From contig CAWBWQ010000001.1 of assembly GCA_963792535.1 (NCBI GenBank), positions 160,001 to 224,000 on the forward strand: a stretch of 64,000 nucleotides of DNA, written 5' to 3'. The number at the start of each line of letters is the position of its first letter. Position 1 is the stretch's first letter. Source of the stretch: an uncultured Phycisphaerales bacterium (GTDB taxonomy: Bacteria; Planctomycetota; Phycisphaerae; Tepidisphaerales; Tepidisphaeraceae). Positions 31,078 through 41,774 of the stretch are shown one piece after another. Both the position numbers and the translations under genes were made by a program. Under the pieces are notes generated by a model. That model saw nothing but the letters and a program-made list of their open reading frames with translations. It ran no database searches and was not told the DNA's origin.

Positions 31078-32040
31078 GTGAGCAAGAATGAAGAACAAGA
31101 TCATGCCGGTTGCAAACACGAGCACTCCCACGGCGAAGTGACCAGCGCAAAAATGGGCTGGGCGGTGGGATTAACGCTGTTGTTTGTTGTAGTAGAGGCC
31201 CTCTGCGGCACTGTTGCGCATAGCCTGGCGCTGTTATCTGATGCGGGTCATAATTTCGCCGATGCAGCCGCACTTGGTTTTTCGTGGTATGCGCTGTGGA
31301 TCGCGCGGAAGCCTTCACACGCGCGAATGACCTTCGGATATCACCGCGTGGGAATTCTGGCGGCGCTGGTGAACGCATCGTCGCTGGCGGTGATCGCGGT
31401 ATTCATCGTAGTGGAAGGGATAGGCCGCCTGCGGCACCCAGAACCGCCGCAGGGATGGGTCATGGTGGGCGTCGCAGCCGTGGCGGTGGCTTTGAATTTT
31501 ACGATCGGCTCGTGGCTGCATGCGGGTTCGCATCATGATCTGAATGTCCGCAGTGCGCGACTGCATATGCTGGGCGATGCGGTTTCGGCTATTGGAGTGT
31601 GTGTGGCGGGTTTGATTGTCGCAACCACCGGGGCGACGATAGCAGATCCAATCATTTCATTTCTAATCGCTTTTTTAATCCTTGCCAGCAGTTACGGCGT
31701 CCTGATTGAGAGCGTGAATGTTCTTCTGGAAGGCACGCCCAGGGGCATCGACATGGCTTGTGTGCAGCGGGATATTTCGTTAATCCCCGGGGTGCGCGGA
31801 CTGCACGATCTGCATGTGTGGACGGTGGGTTCCGGCGTGATCGCCGCCAGCGTGCATATCCTGGTGGACCAACAGAGCATTGAGGACGGGCAGCGCGTCA
31901 TGCGGGGCGTCGCCGAGGAATTGAAAGCGCACCACCGTATCAACCACGCCACCGTGCAGGTGGAAGTGGAAGGTTTCTGCGGCGATGGGATGTATTGCTG
32001 CATCGAACCGCATGAAGTGCATGTGGGGCACAGCCATTGA
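31078..32040 (+). CDS. Cation diffusion facilitator (CzcD/ZitB-like) transporter
   Basis: SLALLSDAGHN..D, TFGY.R, HMLGD, HDLHVW; His-rich termini. Confidence 0.92.
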   Translation: MSKNEEQDHAGCKHEHSHGEVTSAKMGWAVGLTLLFVVVEALCGTVAHSLALLSDAGHNFADAAALGFSWYALWIARKPSHARMTFGYHRVGILAALVNASSLAVIAVFIVVEGIGRLRHPEPPQGWVMVGVAAVAVALNFTIGSWLHAGSHHDLNVRSARLHMLGDAVSAIGVCVAGLIVATTGATIADPIISFLIAFLILASSYGVLIESVNVLLEGTPRGIDMACVQRDISLIPGVRGLHDLHVWTVGSGVIAASVHILVDQQSIEDGQRVMRGVAEELKAHHRINHATVQVEVEGFCGDGMYCCIEPHEVHVGHSH

Positions 32041-32123
32041 AAGGCAAATCGCGGCATCGCCGCGCTTGAACGTGGCGCACCGACGACATACCCTCCCGGT
32101 TCCCAATAAAACCACAGGAACCC

Positions 32124-33650
32124 ATGCCTTATCTTCTCGGAATCGATATCGGAACCAGCGGCACTAAGACCCTTGTTTGTGACGAACAAGGAAGCGTCAT
32201 TGCCACCGCCATGGCGGAGCATACGAGTTCATCGCCCAAGCGAGGCTGGTCGGAACAGGATCCGCGGGAATGGTGGGCTGCGACGATCAAGGCAACGCAG
32301 GCGGTTTTAAAAAAATCAAAATTGAAAGCAGTCGACATTGGCGCCATCGGCCTTTCGGGGCAGATGCATGGCAGTGTTTTTCTGGGCGACGGAGACAAGC
32401 CACTTCGTCCCGCTATCTTGTGGAACGATCAGCGGACGGCGCTGCAGTGCGAAGAAATAGAGAGCAAAGCAGGCGGTCGCGCCGCATTGATCGAACTGGT
32501 GGCCAACCCCGCCCTCACCGGTTTTACCGCGCCGAAGATTCTGTGGGTTCGACAGAATGAACCCAAAATTTACGAGAGAACCCGGCATATCTTGTTGCCC
32601 AAGGATTACATCCGCTATTGCATGACCGGCGAGTACGCGACCGAGGTAAGCGACGCCAGCGGAACTCTTTTACTGGATGTGGTCAATCGAAAATGGTCAG
32701 ACAAGTTGCTGGGATTGCTCAACATCGATAAGGCCCTGCTTCCTGGTTTGCATGAATCGCATGAAGTGACCGGGACATTGAGCACGCAGGCGGCCCGCAG
32801 CCTGGGTCTTGCCGCTGGCACGCCGGTGGTGGGCGGCGCGGGCGACCAGGCTGCCGGCGCGGTGGGGAACGGGATTGTAAGCCCGGGGATCGTCAGCGCA
32901 ACGCTGGGAACCAGCGGGGTTATCTTCGCTCACAGTGAGAAACCGACGCTGGATCCGCTGGGCCGGGTTCACACGATGTGTCACGCGGTCCGGGGGAAAT
33001 GGTGCGTGTTCGGATGCATGCTGTCAGCGGGTGGTAGCTTTCAATGGTATCGCAATACAAACGGGGCGATGGAGATCGACGCGGCGCGGAAGCTCAAGGC
33101 AGATCCTTATGAATTGCTGGTCGCCGAGGCGGCCAGCGCACCGCTGGGAAGCGAAGGGCTTTTCTTTCTGCCTTATCTGACCGGTGAACGATGCCCGCAT
33201 CCGGATCCGGTCGCGCGCGGCGGGTGGATCGGGCTCACCAACCGCACGACTCGACCGATGATGATTCGCTCGCTGATCGAAGGCGTCACCTACGGCATGC
33301 GTGACATGCTGGAGATCATGAGACAGATGAACATCGCGGTGAAAGAGGTGCGCGGCAGTGGCGGCGGCGCGCGAAGCGAGTTCTGGCGCTCCATGCAGGC
33401 GGATGTCTATCAAGCACCGCTGGTGATTACAAACGCGGCCGAAGGTCCCGCCTATGGCGTGGCACTGCTTGCTGGTGTTGGCACGGGTGTGTGGAGCAGT
33501 GTGGAGCAGGCCTGCGGGGCGTCAATCCGCAGCATCGGCAAAACCGCGCCGAACAAGAAACGGGCAGGGGAATACGACAGGCATTATCGAATCTATGACA
33601 AGCTGTATGGAGATCTGAAAGCGCGCTTCGCTGAGATCGCCGCGTTGTAA
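32124..33650 (+). CDS. xylB: Xylulokinase
   Basis: GIDIGTSGTK, SGQMHG, ILWNDQR, SDASGT, PYLTGER. Confidence 0.92.
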   Translation: MPYLLGIDIGTSGTKTLVCDEQGSVIATAMAEHTSSSPKRGWSEQDPREWWAATIKATQAVLKKSKLKAVDIGAIGLSGQMHGSVFLGDGDKPLRPAILWNDQRTALQCEEIESKAGGRAALIELVANPALTGFTAPKILWVRQNEPKIYERTRHILLPKDYIRYCMTGEYATEVSDASGTLLLDVVNRKWSDKLLGLLNIDKALLPGLHESHEVTGTLSTQAARSLGLAAGTPVVGGAGDQAAGAVGNGIVSPGIVSATLGTSGVIFAHSEKPTLDPLGRVHTMCHAVRGKWCVFGCMLSAGGSFQWYRNTNGAMEIDAARKLKADPYELLVAEAASAPLGSEGLFFLPYLTGERCPHPDPVARGGWIGLTNRTTRPMMIRSLIEGVTYGMRDMLEIMRQMNIAVKEVRGSGGGARSEFWRSMQADVYQAPLVITNAAEGPAYGVALLAGVGTGVWSSVEQACGASIRSIGKTAPNKKRAGEYDRHYRIYDKLYGDLKARFAEIAAL

Positions 33651-35256
33651 GATTTATCACGCCGAGCGCGATGTTTTACGCGCCGGCACTGCCTGATAAT
33701 CGATTCTCTTGCGTTGCAGTGGTCTACGAATCGATCGAATTCAAACCGGTCGGTGTTGACGTAGGTGTTGCCGGACTTGCGTTTTAATGCGGTGGCCTTA
33801 TTCAGCACGTCGGCAGATTGTTCCAAGGTAAGATCGTCAATTGATCGATGATCGCCGATCTGGTCCAGGGCGAAACCCGGCGGCAGTGAAGGGGAAACCA
33901 GTGAACGATCCACGTAATAGCGCAGCAGGTTTATATAGGATAGCCGCCGACATTCGCGATAGGCGTCCATCGCCTTGGCAAAGTGTGCGGCGCACTCCGA
34001 TGGGGTGCTTACCATGCCGGTAAGATATTCGTAATCGCCGTTCGCGATTGCGATTTCCGTCTGGATTTCCTGCATATACGAACGGTATTGCAACTCGCGA
34101 TCGGGGAAATGTTTGATATGGCGTGCGTATTCCGCCAACGATCCAAGCAAAAGGCGACTGGTCTTTTCGTAAGCCACCCGCGCCATCTCAAAGGCGTGCG
34201 CATCCTTCACCGGAGAATCGAGTTTGACGCTCTCCGAAGCGCCGAGGTAATCGTCGGGGTTTTGAGGAACGGCGATGCCAAAGGCTTCCAATTCGCGGTG
34301 GCGTCCCTGTTCGAGTTCTTCCTCGCCCCAAAATTTCAGAGATAAAGCAGGCCGACTGTCGATCACCAAGTCGCTGAGTTGATCGTGGTGCTGCAGTTGA
34401 ACGTTCTGAAGAACCTCCGCCCGCTTGTAATAGTTGTATGCCAGACCAAAGGTGGAAACGCCGTCAGGATAAGGACCGAAAGTTCGGCAGGTATTGCAGT
34501 TCGGACCCATCGTCCCATTCCGCGGTGGCGGGAAGGTCTGACGGCCTGGCCATTCCGGGCTTGGGTTTGACCATTTCAGGCAGGACATTGGCAGAGTCAT
34601 TAAGAACGGGGTCGAGGCTGACGCGGCGCCAACCGGCGTCGTGGGAACGCGCGCTGGCCGCCACCGCGTGGGGCAGCGTCTGCTCGCGAACGCGTTTGCG
34701 ATAAAACTGCTTCTCTGCACTCATCCCCAGCTTGTCGAAATACAACTGACCGATGGCGGCGACGATGTTGATGTCATCCGGCTTGGCGGCGTCAACTTTA
34801 TACGCGTAATCCAACGCGCTGAGGATGACGTTATACTTGTTGGCCATGCTGGCCATCTGAACGCTGATGTTGTAGGCCTTGTTCCAGATCTGAAAGATGT
34901 GGACAGTGTCGAATTCGGGCTGGAGCAGGCGGATCCACTCGATCTGGGTGTCGACGCCTTCAAGGTCTTTATCGCTTTTGGCGCTTTCGCTTTGGGTCCA
35001 CAGGATCATCACCAGCGGACCGCGCAGACCACCGAGCAAAAGGCCCAGTGCGAAGCTGTTCATGCCGCCCAGTGATGCGCTGGCGCGTGGAATCACCACC
35101 CTGCTGCGGAATGGCACCCGCGCGGTTCTGGTCGGCCCAGTAGCGTGTCCCGGCGGAACCGAGAAGCAACGCGATCATGACCGCCGCGATAGGCAGTCTG
35201 CTGGAACGTCGACGCATCGGTGAAACTGTCGCAGCAGCTTGTTCGACAACACTCAT
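33593..35256 (-). CDS. Hypothetical membrane-anchored helical protein, third gene of the ABC operon (several frameshifts; 3' end uncertain)
   Basis: ATG overlaps the permease TGA; LLGGLRG...LQPEF..V..FQ.WNKAYNISV motif; continues through ORFs 34969..35331, 34464..35117 and 33593..34720. Confidence 0.65.
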
Positions 35257-37322
35257 GGCGCGACCTCTTTGTTCTTGAAGACCACGAATGCGAGCACGGT
35301 CAGGGGGACACCAAAAAGCAGAAGCACCCATGCGCCGTTCAATAGCGTCTGAACCGGGATGCTGATACCGCGGTCGATATCTTCGGTAGCTGAGAACTGT
35401 TCGATATCGGGAAGCACCGCGACGATCATTTTCATCGCCTTGTTCAGGTCTTCCACGGTGCTGCTCAGCACCAGCGCCTGCGTGGGATCTCTCACCTGAA
35501 AGTCGGTTGCAATCTGCCGCCCGATGCCGGCGGTTGCGCTGTCTCCGAGTTCATTGACGCCCCACCGGCCCAGCAGCATCACCAGCGTTAAGATGACCGC
35601 GATCGGCCACGACAAAAACGTGCTGCAGAAAACCGAGATGGTGGTCACCAGGATAGACAGGGACCAGAGCACCAGGGAGCTTTTGATCAGGTTCAACGCA
35701 AAGCTTTCATCGGACTGAACCAGCGACAGACTTGCCCGCTTGACGTTTAACCATTGCTCAGGAGAGAGGCAACGGACGATCACCTGAAAATCACCGTCAC
35801 CCACCGCATCGGCGGGCAGGCTTGCATAGCAGGGGTGATTGTTTTCCGGAGTCACAATAATAGGAGCCGAGGTCTTACCGGTGTGGGAGTTCACCACGGT
35901 CAACGACGCCGAGGTGAGCGTGTCCTCGTCACGGATTTCTCCGCTTTTTTCGACGCCCACGCGAAATTCGATTGGGACGACAGCGTTTGATCCATGGTCG
36001 ATTTTCAGGTTGTTGTAGGTGAAGACGCACACCTGGGAACTTGCCGAGGGATCACCTTTTATTTGCTGACCGGTCACACCTTCGCGGCCGGCGAATACAA
36101 ACCGGCCCGGCCGAGAGGGATCCACAGGATCAGAAGGCAACACGACGGCAGGCTTTTTATCATCGCTGACAACTGGAACCAGCAACTGCACCGGGGGTTG
36201 AGCGGGGTCTTCGTCGATCCAGACTTTTGCATCATCGCTACCACCGGAGATGGCAAGGAAAAAGAAAGGATGGCTTGCGATAGACGCGGCATAATTCGGC
36301 GGAATATCGAGATAAATGGGCTGCGAGCCATCAGCGGTGGGGATAACGGCAGGGTTGCCTTTGATTTCGGCGCCGATCAGATTGTGTACGTCCTGATCCA
36401 TGACCAGCACAGTGACCTGAGGCAGTTTGGCGTTTTGCTGCGGTGCGGAGACCGCACTTGTCGGGGCGGAATGGGTGGGAGCAAGATCGTAACCCATGGT
36501 CAGGCTGATCCGCAAACCGGGCATACCGGGATGCTGATTGCCATCGGGATCGACATTGGCCCACATATCCGCCGGCAGGCGGAAAGGCACGAGGATCATG
36601 CCATCTGCCGAGGGATATTTGCGATGACTTTGCGGCTGCGGTGCCTGCGCGAAGATATTCATCGTATTCGGCAAGGCGAGCCGCTTGGCGTTTAGCAGAC
36701 CCGAATCCACATAATGCTGTAAGGTCGGACGAGAGATTGCTTCTACCGTGTTATCCCGCAGGCGTTCCCTCAGATCGCGCTGAAGGTTCCACGCGCGGAC
36801 ATTGAGATAACCGTAAGTGAACGCACCCATAATCAGCAGGATGGTGGCAGACACCCGGGCAAATCCGACGATCTTACCGATAATGATTTCCAGCCGGGTC
36901 GTGGGTTTCGATACGACGGTGAAGATCACCCGGTTTTCAATCTCGCGCGGAAGGTTGGTGCATGCCAGGATAATCGTGCTGATGACCACCACCATGCCGG
37001 TGGCAAAGAGGCAGAACTTGGTGGTCTGCCGAATGGCATCCTGTTCGTCGACCGGCTGCTGCAGTTGCACAACAATCACCAGCCCGATAATTGCCAGCGG
37101 AATGATCCACAGCACCCGACGGCGAATGGATTCCTGGTAGCAGACACCGGCGATGGCCCAGATGCGCGTCAAGCTGAGGCGGAACAGATCAGACAAGCCG
37201 AAAATTCCAAGGCCCAGCAGCGCGATGGCTGTCCCGATCGTGAGCATCGGATCGGCCCATAGCCAGTGGGGAATGGCGCTCAGTTCCCATGCGTGGAAGT
37301 TGAAATCAGTGGGTGGGGACAT
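35253..37322 (-). CDS. ABC transporter permease with large extracytoplasmic insertion
   Basis: LPREIENRVIFTVVSKP.TRLEIIIGK motif; N- and C-terminal TM clusters. Confidence 0.82.
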   Translation of the reverse strand: MSPPTDFNFHAWELSAIPHWLWADPMLTIGTAIALLGLGIFGLSDLFRLSLTRIWAIAGVCYQESIRRRVLWIIPLAIIGLVIVVQLQQPVDEQDAIRQTTKFCLFATGMVVVISTIILACTNLPREIENRVIFTVVSKPTTRLEIIIGKIVGFARVSATILLIMGAFTYGYLNVRAWNLQRDLRERLRDNTVEAISRPTLQHYVDSGLLNAKRLALPNTMNIFAQAPQPQSHRKYPSADGMILVPFRLPADMWANVDPDGNQHPGMPGLRISLTMGYDLAPTHSAPTSAVSAPQQNAKLPQVTVLVMDQDVHNLIGAEIKGNPAVIPTADGSQPIYLDIPPNYAASIASHPFFFLAISGGSDDAKVWIDEDPAQPPVQLLVPVVSDDKKPAVVLPSDPVDPSRPGRFVFAGREGVTGQQIKGDPSASSQVCVFTYNNLKIDHGSNAVVPIEFRVGVEKSGEIRDEDTLTSASLTVVNSHTGKTSAPIIVTPENNHPCYASLPADAVGDGDFQVIVRCLSPEQWLNVKRASLSLVQSDESFALNLIKSSLVLWSLSILVTTISVFCSTFLSWPIAVILTLVMLLGRWGVNELGDSATAGIGRQIATDFQVRDPTQALVLSSTVEDLNKAMKMIVAVLPDIEQFSATEDIDRGISIPVQTLLNGAWVLLLFGVPLTVLAFVVFKNKEVAP

Positions 37323-37428
37323 CGGAGGAACCTCGTTCTATTCAAGCATGCGTTTCACGAAGTGCGGAACTCGCGTGAGGGATGATTTTAATCACCATCA
37401 TCAACGCGCCTCGCCGCCGAGTTGCGAA

Positions 37429-38325
37429 TTATTCCGCTTCATTCGACCCGGTATATGCGACCGGCTGGCCGTTGCTGGTGTTCTCTTTTACGATCCGCAT
37501 GAATAGATCTTCAAGCGTGGTGGTGGGGTGGGTGATCGTCGCGTCGCTCAGGCCCATACGCGAGAGGTGCCCGCGAATTTCCTGGATCTGCGCTTCGGTC
37601 ATCCCCCGGGTTTCCAGTTGCGTGATATCCCTGACCTGCAGCAGGTCCTTCACCGCGCCGAGTTGCTGCATTTTTCCGCGGAACAGAATCGTGATCCGAT
37701 CGCAGACATCCTGCACGTCAGCCAGCAGATGACTGCAGAGCACGACGGTTTTACCCTGCTGTTTCAGTGAGATGATCAGATCCTTCATCTCGCGGGTTCC
37801 GATTGGGTCCAATCCGGTGGTGGGTTCGTCCAGAAGTATAAGGTCGGGATTATTGATTAAGGCCTGCGCGAGACCGATTCGGCGGGCCATGCCCTTGGAA
37901 TACTCGCGCAGCTTCCGCTTGCGCGCTTTCTGGTCCAGCCCGACGATATCGAGCAGTTCCGGCACCCGGCGGTTGAGCGTTCGGCGGTCGATCTTAAAAA
38001 GGCGACCGTAGAACTTCAAAATCTCTTCGCCGTTTAAAAATCGATACAGGTAGGATTCTTCGGGAAGAAACCCAATCCGCTCATTGATAACGGTGCTGCC
38101 GGTGGGATGTCCCAGGATGGTGGCAGAGCCTTTTGAAGGGAAAATCAACCCGAGAAGCAGCTTGATTGTGGTGCTCTTGCCCGAACCGTTGGGTCCGAGC
38201 AGACCAAACACTTCGCCCCGCTCGATGGTGAGGTTCAGCCCTTCCAGAGCACGAACTTTGTCCCTGCCCCAGAAGTCTTTGTAGACCTTGGTCAGGTTTT
38301 CGGTATGAACCGCTGCATCATTCAT
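37429..38325 (-). CDS. ABC transporter ATP-binding protein
   Basis: GPNGSGKST, YSKGM, LILLDEPT, SHLL. Confidence 0.93.
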   Translation of the reverse strand: MNDAAVHTENLTKVYKDFWGRDKVRALEGLNLTIERGEVFGLLGPNGSGKSTTIKLLLGLIFPSKGSATILGHPTGSTVINERIGFLPEESYLYRFLNGEEILKFYGRLFKIDRRTLNRRVPELLDIVGLDQKARKRKLREYSKGMARRIGLAQALINNPDLILLDEPTTGLDPIGTREMKDLIISLKQQGKTVVLCSHLLADVQDVCDRITILFRGKMQQLGAVKDLLQVRDITQLETRGMTEAQIQEIRGHLSRMGLSDATITHPTTTLEDLFMRIVKENTSNGQPVAYTGSNEAE

Positions 38326-38330
38326 TCTTG

Positions 38331-38413
38331 GTCCATTGTCAGTGGTCCGTTGTCAGCTGTAAAAAAGCCAGTTGCACACCTTCACAACCGATAACGGGCG
38401 ATTGACAACTGAC
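38331..38413. repeat. Inverted pair of heptamer arrays
   Basis: GTCCATT GTCAGTG GTCCGTT GTCAGCT (38331-38358) and AACGGGC GATTGAC AACTGAC (38393-38413). Confidence 0.7.
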
Positions 38414-38417
38414 GCCG

Positions 38418-38600
38418 TTATCGACCCACGGGCTTAAGCCGGGGCTTGCTGCGAATGCGGCGGCGGCGTTTTTCACTGGGCTTTTCGTAATACGCAACAC
38501 GCTTGATGTCTTTGGTAAGACCTTCTTTTTCACACATTTTCTTAAAACGCCGGAGCATCTGCTCGGCGGTTTCGTTGCCGCGACTCTTGATCTTGATCAT
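38418..38600 (-). CDS. rpsU: 30S ribosomal protein S21
   Basis: ETAEQMLRRFKK...YYEKPSEKRRR. Confidence 0.93.
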   Translation of the reverse strand: MIKIKSRGNETAEQMLRRFKKMCEKEGLTKDIKRVAYYEKPSEKRRRRIRSKPRLKPVGR

Positions 38601-38899
38601 TGGATCCTTTCAGTGACGCTTGTCGAAACCCCGAGGGGTAAAAACCGAAGTATCGACAAAAACAGCCGCAGGCAAACATTTTGCCTCGGCGGCTGACGCC
38701 GTGTAGTCTACCCAACGCCTTCAATTGTTCAAGAACGACGACTTTCGCTCCGCACAAGTCAGAAAATAACCGCCGCCGACATCTGCCCAATGCGCCGGCC
38801 CGCCGGATGTTGCAAAATGCTTCTGCAAACACACCACGTGGTCGCCGTGTTCGGTCTGTCAACTCGCACATTCCACGCGATACGCTAATCTGTTCCGTC

Positions 38900-41121
38900 A
38901 TGCCCGATCCGAGAACCGGCGCACGAAAACTGGACATGAAATTAATCATGCTCATGTCCGTAACCGGATTGGTGCTTTTGGCATATTTGTTGAGCGAACA
39001 TTTCCATGGTGGGACCGCGGCGAATGTCGTGGTGACTCCACCACAGCCGGCGACCGCGGTGTCGCCGCCGGCATTACTGCCGCCTGCTCCAACGGCGGAG
39101 CAATTCACGGTGACGACAGTGAATCGCCCTGTACGCGGCTACGGTCGCCTGGCGACCTGGGCTACAATCGTGGATTTATCCGCCGATCAACAACAGTACC
39201 TTGCCATAAAATCCGAATCCAATCGAAAACGCGGCACCGGGTCTATCGACACACTCCTGCTTTACGATCTGAAATCGACCACCTCGGTAAAAACGCTAAC
39301 CGGGCCAGAGGACCGCGATGAGTATAGCTTTGACATCGCGGCTCTCTCACCCGATGGCAAACGCGTCGCCACGGGAAGCTTTTATGGCTGGGTTCGTGTG
39401 CGTGACACCGCCAACGGCAGCGAGATCGCAGCCTGGCGGGAAAATTTCAAGCTGATTGAAGCAATGGCGTTTTCGCCCGATGGAAAAATGCTGGCAACCG
39501 CATCCAGCAGTGACATGGGACAGGAACATTTCATTTACGTCTATGACGCCGTGAGCCTGAAAAAGCTGTTTACGCTGTCGCGTCACGATGACGACATCAC
39601 GCATCTGTTGTTCACCGCCGACAGCAAATCACTAATCTCCAGCAGCAGGGATTACACCATCAAGGTGTGGGACATATCCGCCGCGCAGAAATAGCAACGC
39701 TGCAAGGTCATTCGGGCGGGGTTCAAACCATCAGCCTGTCGCCGGATGGCACGCGATTAGCCTCAGGGGGCGATGACAATCGTGTATGCGTCTGGAACAC
39801 CGGGACATGGAAATTGATACGCAGTTTCTCATCCTGCGAACAGGACGTCTTCAACAGAACTTATGTACAGTGCGTGGCTTTCGCCGGCCAGCCGGGAAGG
39901 GTTCTGTCATCTGGATCGGATCAATACATTCATTTGTGGGATCTGGACAGCGGGCAGCCGCTGGCTCGTTTCAACCAGCGGGCCTCGAAGATTTTCATGA
40001 TGCCCGACGGCAGGCGGTTCATCGCCGACAACGGGAGGCTATTATCCGAATGGGAGATCCCCGCCGGACTCGCGCCCGTCGCTGGAGTCGCCGCAGTTTC
40101 CGACAACAAAGCATTCCACGGGCTGGTCAGCACTTTTCACATCAATGATGATCCCGGCAATGGCTGGCAGCTTACTCTGGCCTCTCGACCCGATTCTAAA
40201 GAAATCCTGATTGCAAATAACGATGTTTACCGCAACGAATTCATCGTTTGGAACTGGGCCGCCAACAAGGAGGTTTCGCGCGTTCAGATTCCCAAGCAAG
40301 CCGATGGAAAGCACAGCATCCTGGCATTGTCGGCTGATGGGAAACTAGCAGCGGTTGGAGGTGATGGTGGATCTCTTAGCATTGTCAACACCTCCGATGG
40401 CAAGGAACTGGTCCAATTCGTCGGGCACAAAAGCGTCGTGTACAAAGCGGCGTTCTCCGCCGACAGTCAATTCCTGGTTTCATCCGAAGCTCCCGATCCG
40501 AAAGACAGCAACAAAGCTCCCCTGATTCTTTGGAACACCAGAACCGGCGAGGTGGTTCGCCGACTTGAGGGCGGCTCGGATGTCATCTGGACGATGGCCG
40601 TGTTTCCCGATGGCAAGCACATGATTTGCGGCGGTGGAGCTTTTGAAACAGTTTCAGGCAACGAGAAACCAGTCCGGTGCATGCTGCGAATGTGGGATCT
40701 TGAAACGGGCAAGGAAATAAGGCAATTCATTGGCCATAAGAACTTCATTGATTCGCTGGCCGTCTCACCCAACGGGAAGAGAATCGTCTCCGGAGATCAG
40801 GACGGTGAGACGATCATCTGGAACACGGACACCGCCCAGGTGCTGTGTCACCTGCCGCCGCACGTCAATCGCAACGGCCAGGCCAGCACAACATCTTTGG
40901 TGTTCTCAGCCGACGGCACCCGCATTCTCAGCGGCGGCGCGGATACCGATGTCTTTGTCAGTGATTCTGAGACCGGGGAAGAACTCGGACGCCTGGAAGG
41001 GCACCGAGGGGGTATTACATGTTTGAAGGTCAGCCCCGACGGCCGTTTCGCAATTTCGGCCGCGAGCGATCGCACGGCCCGGGTATGGCAAATGCCTGGT
41101 CAAAATGAGAATGGTCTGTGA
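38900..41121 (+). CDS. WD40-repeat protein with N-terminal membrane anchor; frameshift near 39683
   Basis: Many GH...SPDG...SG..D..V.VWD repeats in ORFs 38681..39694 and 39667..41121. Start uncertain. Confidence 0.85.
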
Positions 41122-41124
41122 TTT

Positions 41125-41196
41125 CGCTGTTCTAAACTCCTCGGGCTTCCCGAAGCACCGTCGGTCAACCCCGAAGGGTACCGGGCTTTTCCAGCG
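41125..41196 (-). ncRNA. Candidate structured RNA, unassigned
   Basis: Closing stem CGCTG/CAGCG, a C(UUCG)G hairpin and a TCGGG-AAG-CCCGA hairpin in an intergenic gap. Confidence 0.3.
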
Positions 41197-41225
41197 CAAC
41201 TGAAGATGTTAACTTTGGCTCACTG

Positions 41226-41624
41226 ATGCAGGGCGTTATTACCATCCGCGTGCGCTATCCCGAGGTGGATGCAATGGGATACCTGCACCACAGCCGCTAT
41301 CTGCAGTATTTTGAGATGGGGCGGGTGGAACTGCTTCGGTCGTTTGGGTTCAGCTATGCCGAACTCGAGCGGCAGGGGGTGTTTTTTGTGGTCATCAAGG
41401 CTGAAATTCAGTACAAATCACCCGCTCGTTACGACGAAGAGTTGCAGCTGACCACCCGGGTAACCAGGCAAACATTCGTTCGATACGACCACAGCTATCA
41501 GCTGCGGCGAGGCACGACATTATTGGCTGAAGGGACCACCAGCATCGCCTGCGTGGGCCGCGACGGTCAGGTCATTAAAATTCCTCAGGCCCTGGCAGAC
41601 GCCGGCGAGCGCAAGGACGCCTGA
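41226..41624 (+). CDS. Acyl-CoA thioesterase (YbgC/4HBT hot-dog family)
   Basis: IRVRYPEVDAMGYLHHSRYLQYFEMGR, YKSPARYDE. Confidence 0.9.
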   Translation: MQGVITIRVRYPEVDAMGYLHHSRYLQYFEMGRVELLRSFGFSYAELERQGVFFVVIKAEIQYKSPARYDEELQLTTRVTRQTFVRYDHSYQLRRGTTLLAEGTTSIACVGRDGQVIKIPQALADAGERKDA

Positions 41625-41774
41625 CATTTTGCTGCTGCGCCAGGAATTTTTACCCCGTTCATGTTAGAAAATGGTACTATAGGGATCTGGAGCACGGTAC
41701 ATCGGCACCGTCTATCCGCAATTTACATTTCTGACTTACGACTGCTGGCAGTTGCAGGACGACGGAGAACGCAA

